Shown here: positions 62,101 through 64,000 of the stretch, one piece after another
How positions within the stretch are numbered: the stretch's first letter is position 1
Layout: each line of letters begins with the position of its first letter
Source: Marsupella aquatica
Lineage: Eukaryota > Plantae > Marchantiophyta
Direction of reading: 5' to 3'
DNA: 64,000 nucleotides
Assembly: GCA_973895155.1 (NCBI GenBank)
Contig: OZ316892.1
Location: 14,438,861 to 14,502,860, forward strand
Made by a program: the position numbers and the translations under genes
The notes under the pieces: generated by a model
What the model was told of the DNA's origin: nothing
Seen by the model: only the letters and a program-made list of their open reading frames with translations
The model's database searches: none

Positions 62101-63875
62101 ATTAAGCACGGGATCCGTTCTTCATCATCTCATCCTGTGACTGGTCGCCGATTATCTCCTCTAGTAAACTCCGACCAATCTCACAGCTGTGTCTCTGAAC
62201 TGAGAACTCGAACTTTACGGAATGCAGCCTCCGGAGCTGTTCAAAATTTGAGAATTGAATCAAGGGACTGGGAACCTGGTCCGTGGCTCAATCCTATGGG
62301 ATCGGAGGAAGTCGACGCTCTACCACAAGTGATGGGGAAACCTACTGGACGTTCTTCAACAGGTTACAAACATAATTCTAAATTTGGGGACTTACCCGGA
62401 GATGAAAGTCCCAGCAAACTGGCCAATTCATCAGTAAGTAGCACCAAGTCCCCCACAGAGCAATCTCTGTCAGGTTCGCTTCCATGTGTAGTTAAGGATA
62501 GCACGGGAGTGAATGAAAATGCATTCTGCAGAGAAAAAGAAGGCACTACTCACATTGTCAGTGGTCAACTGACTGTCTCCGCCAGCATTGAGCCTGTGGT
62601 TGACAGTGTGTGTCACAAACTGCCAACGGCTCCGCTAGACGGGACATTGTGCCCGGGGTTTGATATAGCCAGCAGTGCGCGCGCCCCAGAATTTGAATCA
62701 TGCCTTGTGACGGAAATATTCGATAAGCCTACTGGTGATCCTGTCAGAGAAAATGTTGTTGGGTCTGGGGAAGACAATGCAGGCATGGCGAACTCGGACT
62801 CTGGAAGAAGTTTGGGTCCTCATTTAAGACTCGAGAATGGTCACGAGATAGAAGATGCAAACAAGGTTTATGAAGTGGAGAGTTCAGTACACCTTGGTAT
62901 ATCTTGTTGTGCAAAGGGCAAACTTATCCTTGAGGATTCTCCGAAGCCCACTACTTCTGGCAATATAGAGCTGTCAGGGAACATTCGAAAAATCGAAGAC
63001 AGCAAAATGATGTCCAGCGGAAAGTTTGCCACTGAAGAACAGGCTCAGAAGTTGAGTATTTCCCCAGCAAAACATCCTGAGGAGTATACTGCTAGAAATA
63101 AATACAGTGCGTTTGATAGTCCTTCAACGTGGTCAGATTGGTCTGTTCTTGGTGCTTCGAACAAAGTATCGTCTCAATCATCACTGGGCCAGGAGCACAC
63201 TCCACCAAGTACTCCGAGTTTTAAAAAACTCTCATGCACAAGGACTCTGACTGCAGAGAATACCCCAAAGAATACTCCGGAGAGTTATGTTAGAAGCTCA
63301 TCTCCTCCTTCTGCATCAGATGCCCAAAGTAGCAAACATCCACTTGCTGTGAACGCAGGTTTAATGAATGGTATCAGCAAGCGGATGTCTCTGACTGCTT
63401 CTGGTAAGGAAAGAAACTTGCAAATTGATTCTGAACAGTCTGCCTCCGAGTCGACGTCTGGTCAGGAAAATAAGAGATGTCTAGATGGCCAGTTTGGGGG
63501 CACACAGCTTCATAAGCCCAAACAAAGAAAATCGAATTCCAGTCATAGATTGGACCAATCAGAAGCATACGAAGACCTATTTTCTGAGGAGAGATTGCGC
63601 GCTTTGGAGGCTGCAGGACAGGTGAGTTGTTCATATGCGAGCTGACCGCTCTGTGAACGACAATTTTTTTTTTTATTGTGGATTAGTCCTAATTTTCGAT
63701 GGCATTGATTTTAGCTAATTCTACAGTATCGTTGGTGTATTTAGAAAACTCTCTCATGGCCTCAATTGATTTCTTTATTGGATCCTCCGTTCAGGAAAGC
63801 CTTCAAAAGAAGTCCGGAGCAGTGCAGCATTCTCCACCGAACAAGACCAGCCCTAATAGAAATCCCTGGTCTCCG
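59184..63875 (+). CDS. Large Ser-rich plant protein, similar in motifs to the Arabidopsis GPT1/GPT2 microtubule plus-end tracking protein family; 3'-incomplete
   Basis: Exons 59184-59268, 59412-59603, 59777-60046, 60277-60350, 60512-60618, 60737-60918, 61161-61645, 61816-63621 and 63795-63875. Family motifs NLRKSLAWDKAFLTDEGVLD..EL, SSLRLPSPKIGFFD and FSEERLRALEAAG..KSGAVQHSPP..PWSP. The family name is recalled from memory, not from a search. Confidence 0.8.
60619..60736 (+). other. U12-type (minor spliceosome) AT-AC intron
   Basis: Donor ATATCCTC at 60619, branch site TTCCTTGAC at 60715-60723, acceptor AC at 60735-60736. Splicing joins AC|T in frame (..SSFT GKRGKSDMVPKP). Confidence 0.88.
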
Positions 63876-64000
63876 GTATGTTGCATATGTATAGTCACGT
63901 CGCACTGAAGTTTTTGAAGTCCATCAGGACTGTCTTTTCATTGGATATTCACTGAATCTGTTCCAACTCCTCCATGTTACGTGACAAAGGCAAGCAGTAA

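Overview
Eukaryotic, intron-rich genomic DNA from a land plant. The gene set and repeat content suggest a bryophyte such as a liverwort (inference only). Spliced host genes, with phase-consistent splice sites: Aurora kinase (-, 9 exons), a plastid-type homologue of the cyanobacterial Fe-S circadian-input protein LdpA (+, 13 exons), KELP/PC4 coactivator (-, 3 coding exons), a GPP/GS1-type HAD phosphatase (+, 6 exons), an IRX7/FRA8-like GT47 glycosyltransferase (-, 2 exons), and a large Ser-rich GPT1/GPT2-like protein (+, runs off the window) that contains a U12-type AT-AC intron. There is also a small single-exon membrane protein (-). The intergenic DNA holds a near full-length, decayed CRE-clade non-LTR retrotransposon (zinc finger + RT + CCHC + restriction-like endonuclease) with a Copia-type solo LTR nested in its 5' UTR. 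It also holds two diverged copies of a tRNA-derived SINE, a MITE with ~150-bp TIRs, an array of palindromes, a Harbinger/PIF transposase pseudogene, many short tandem duplications, and a cryptic chain of exon-like segments at 39-44 kb. No CRISPR array, rRNA or intact tRNA gene was found. I cannot demonstrate a wholly new biological system from the sequence alone; the best leads are ranked in the findings. All coordinates were counted by hand, so repeat boundaries are approximate.
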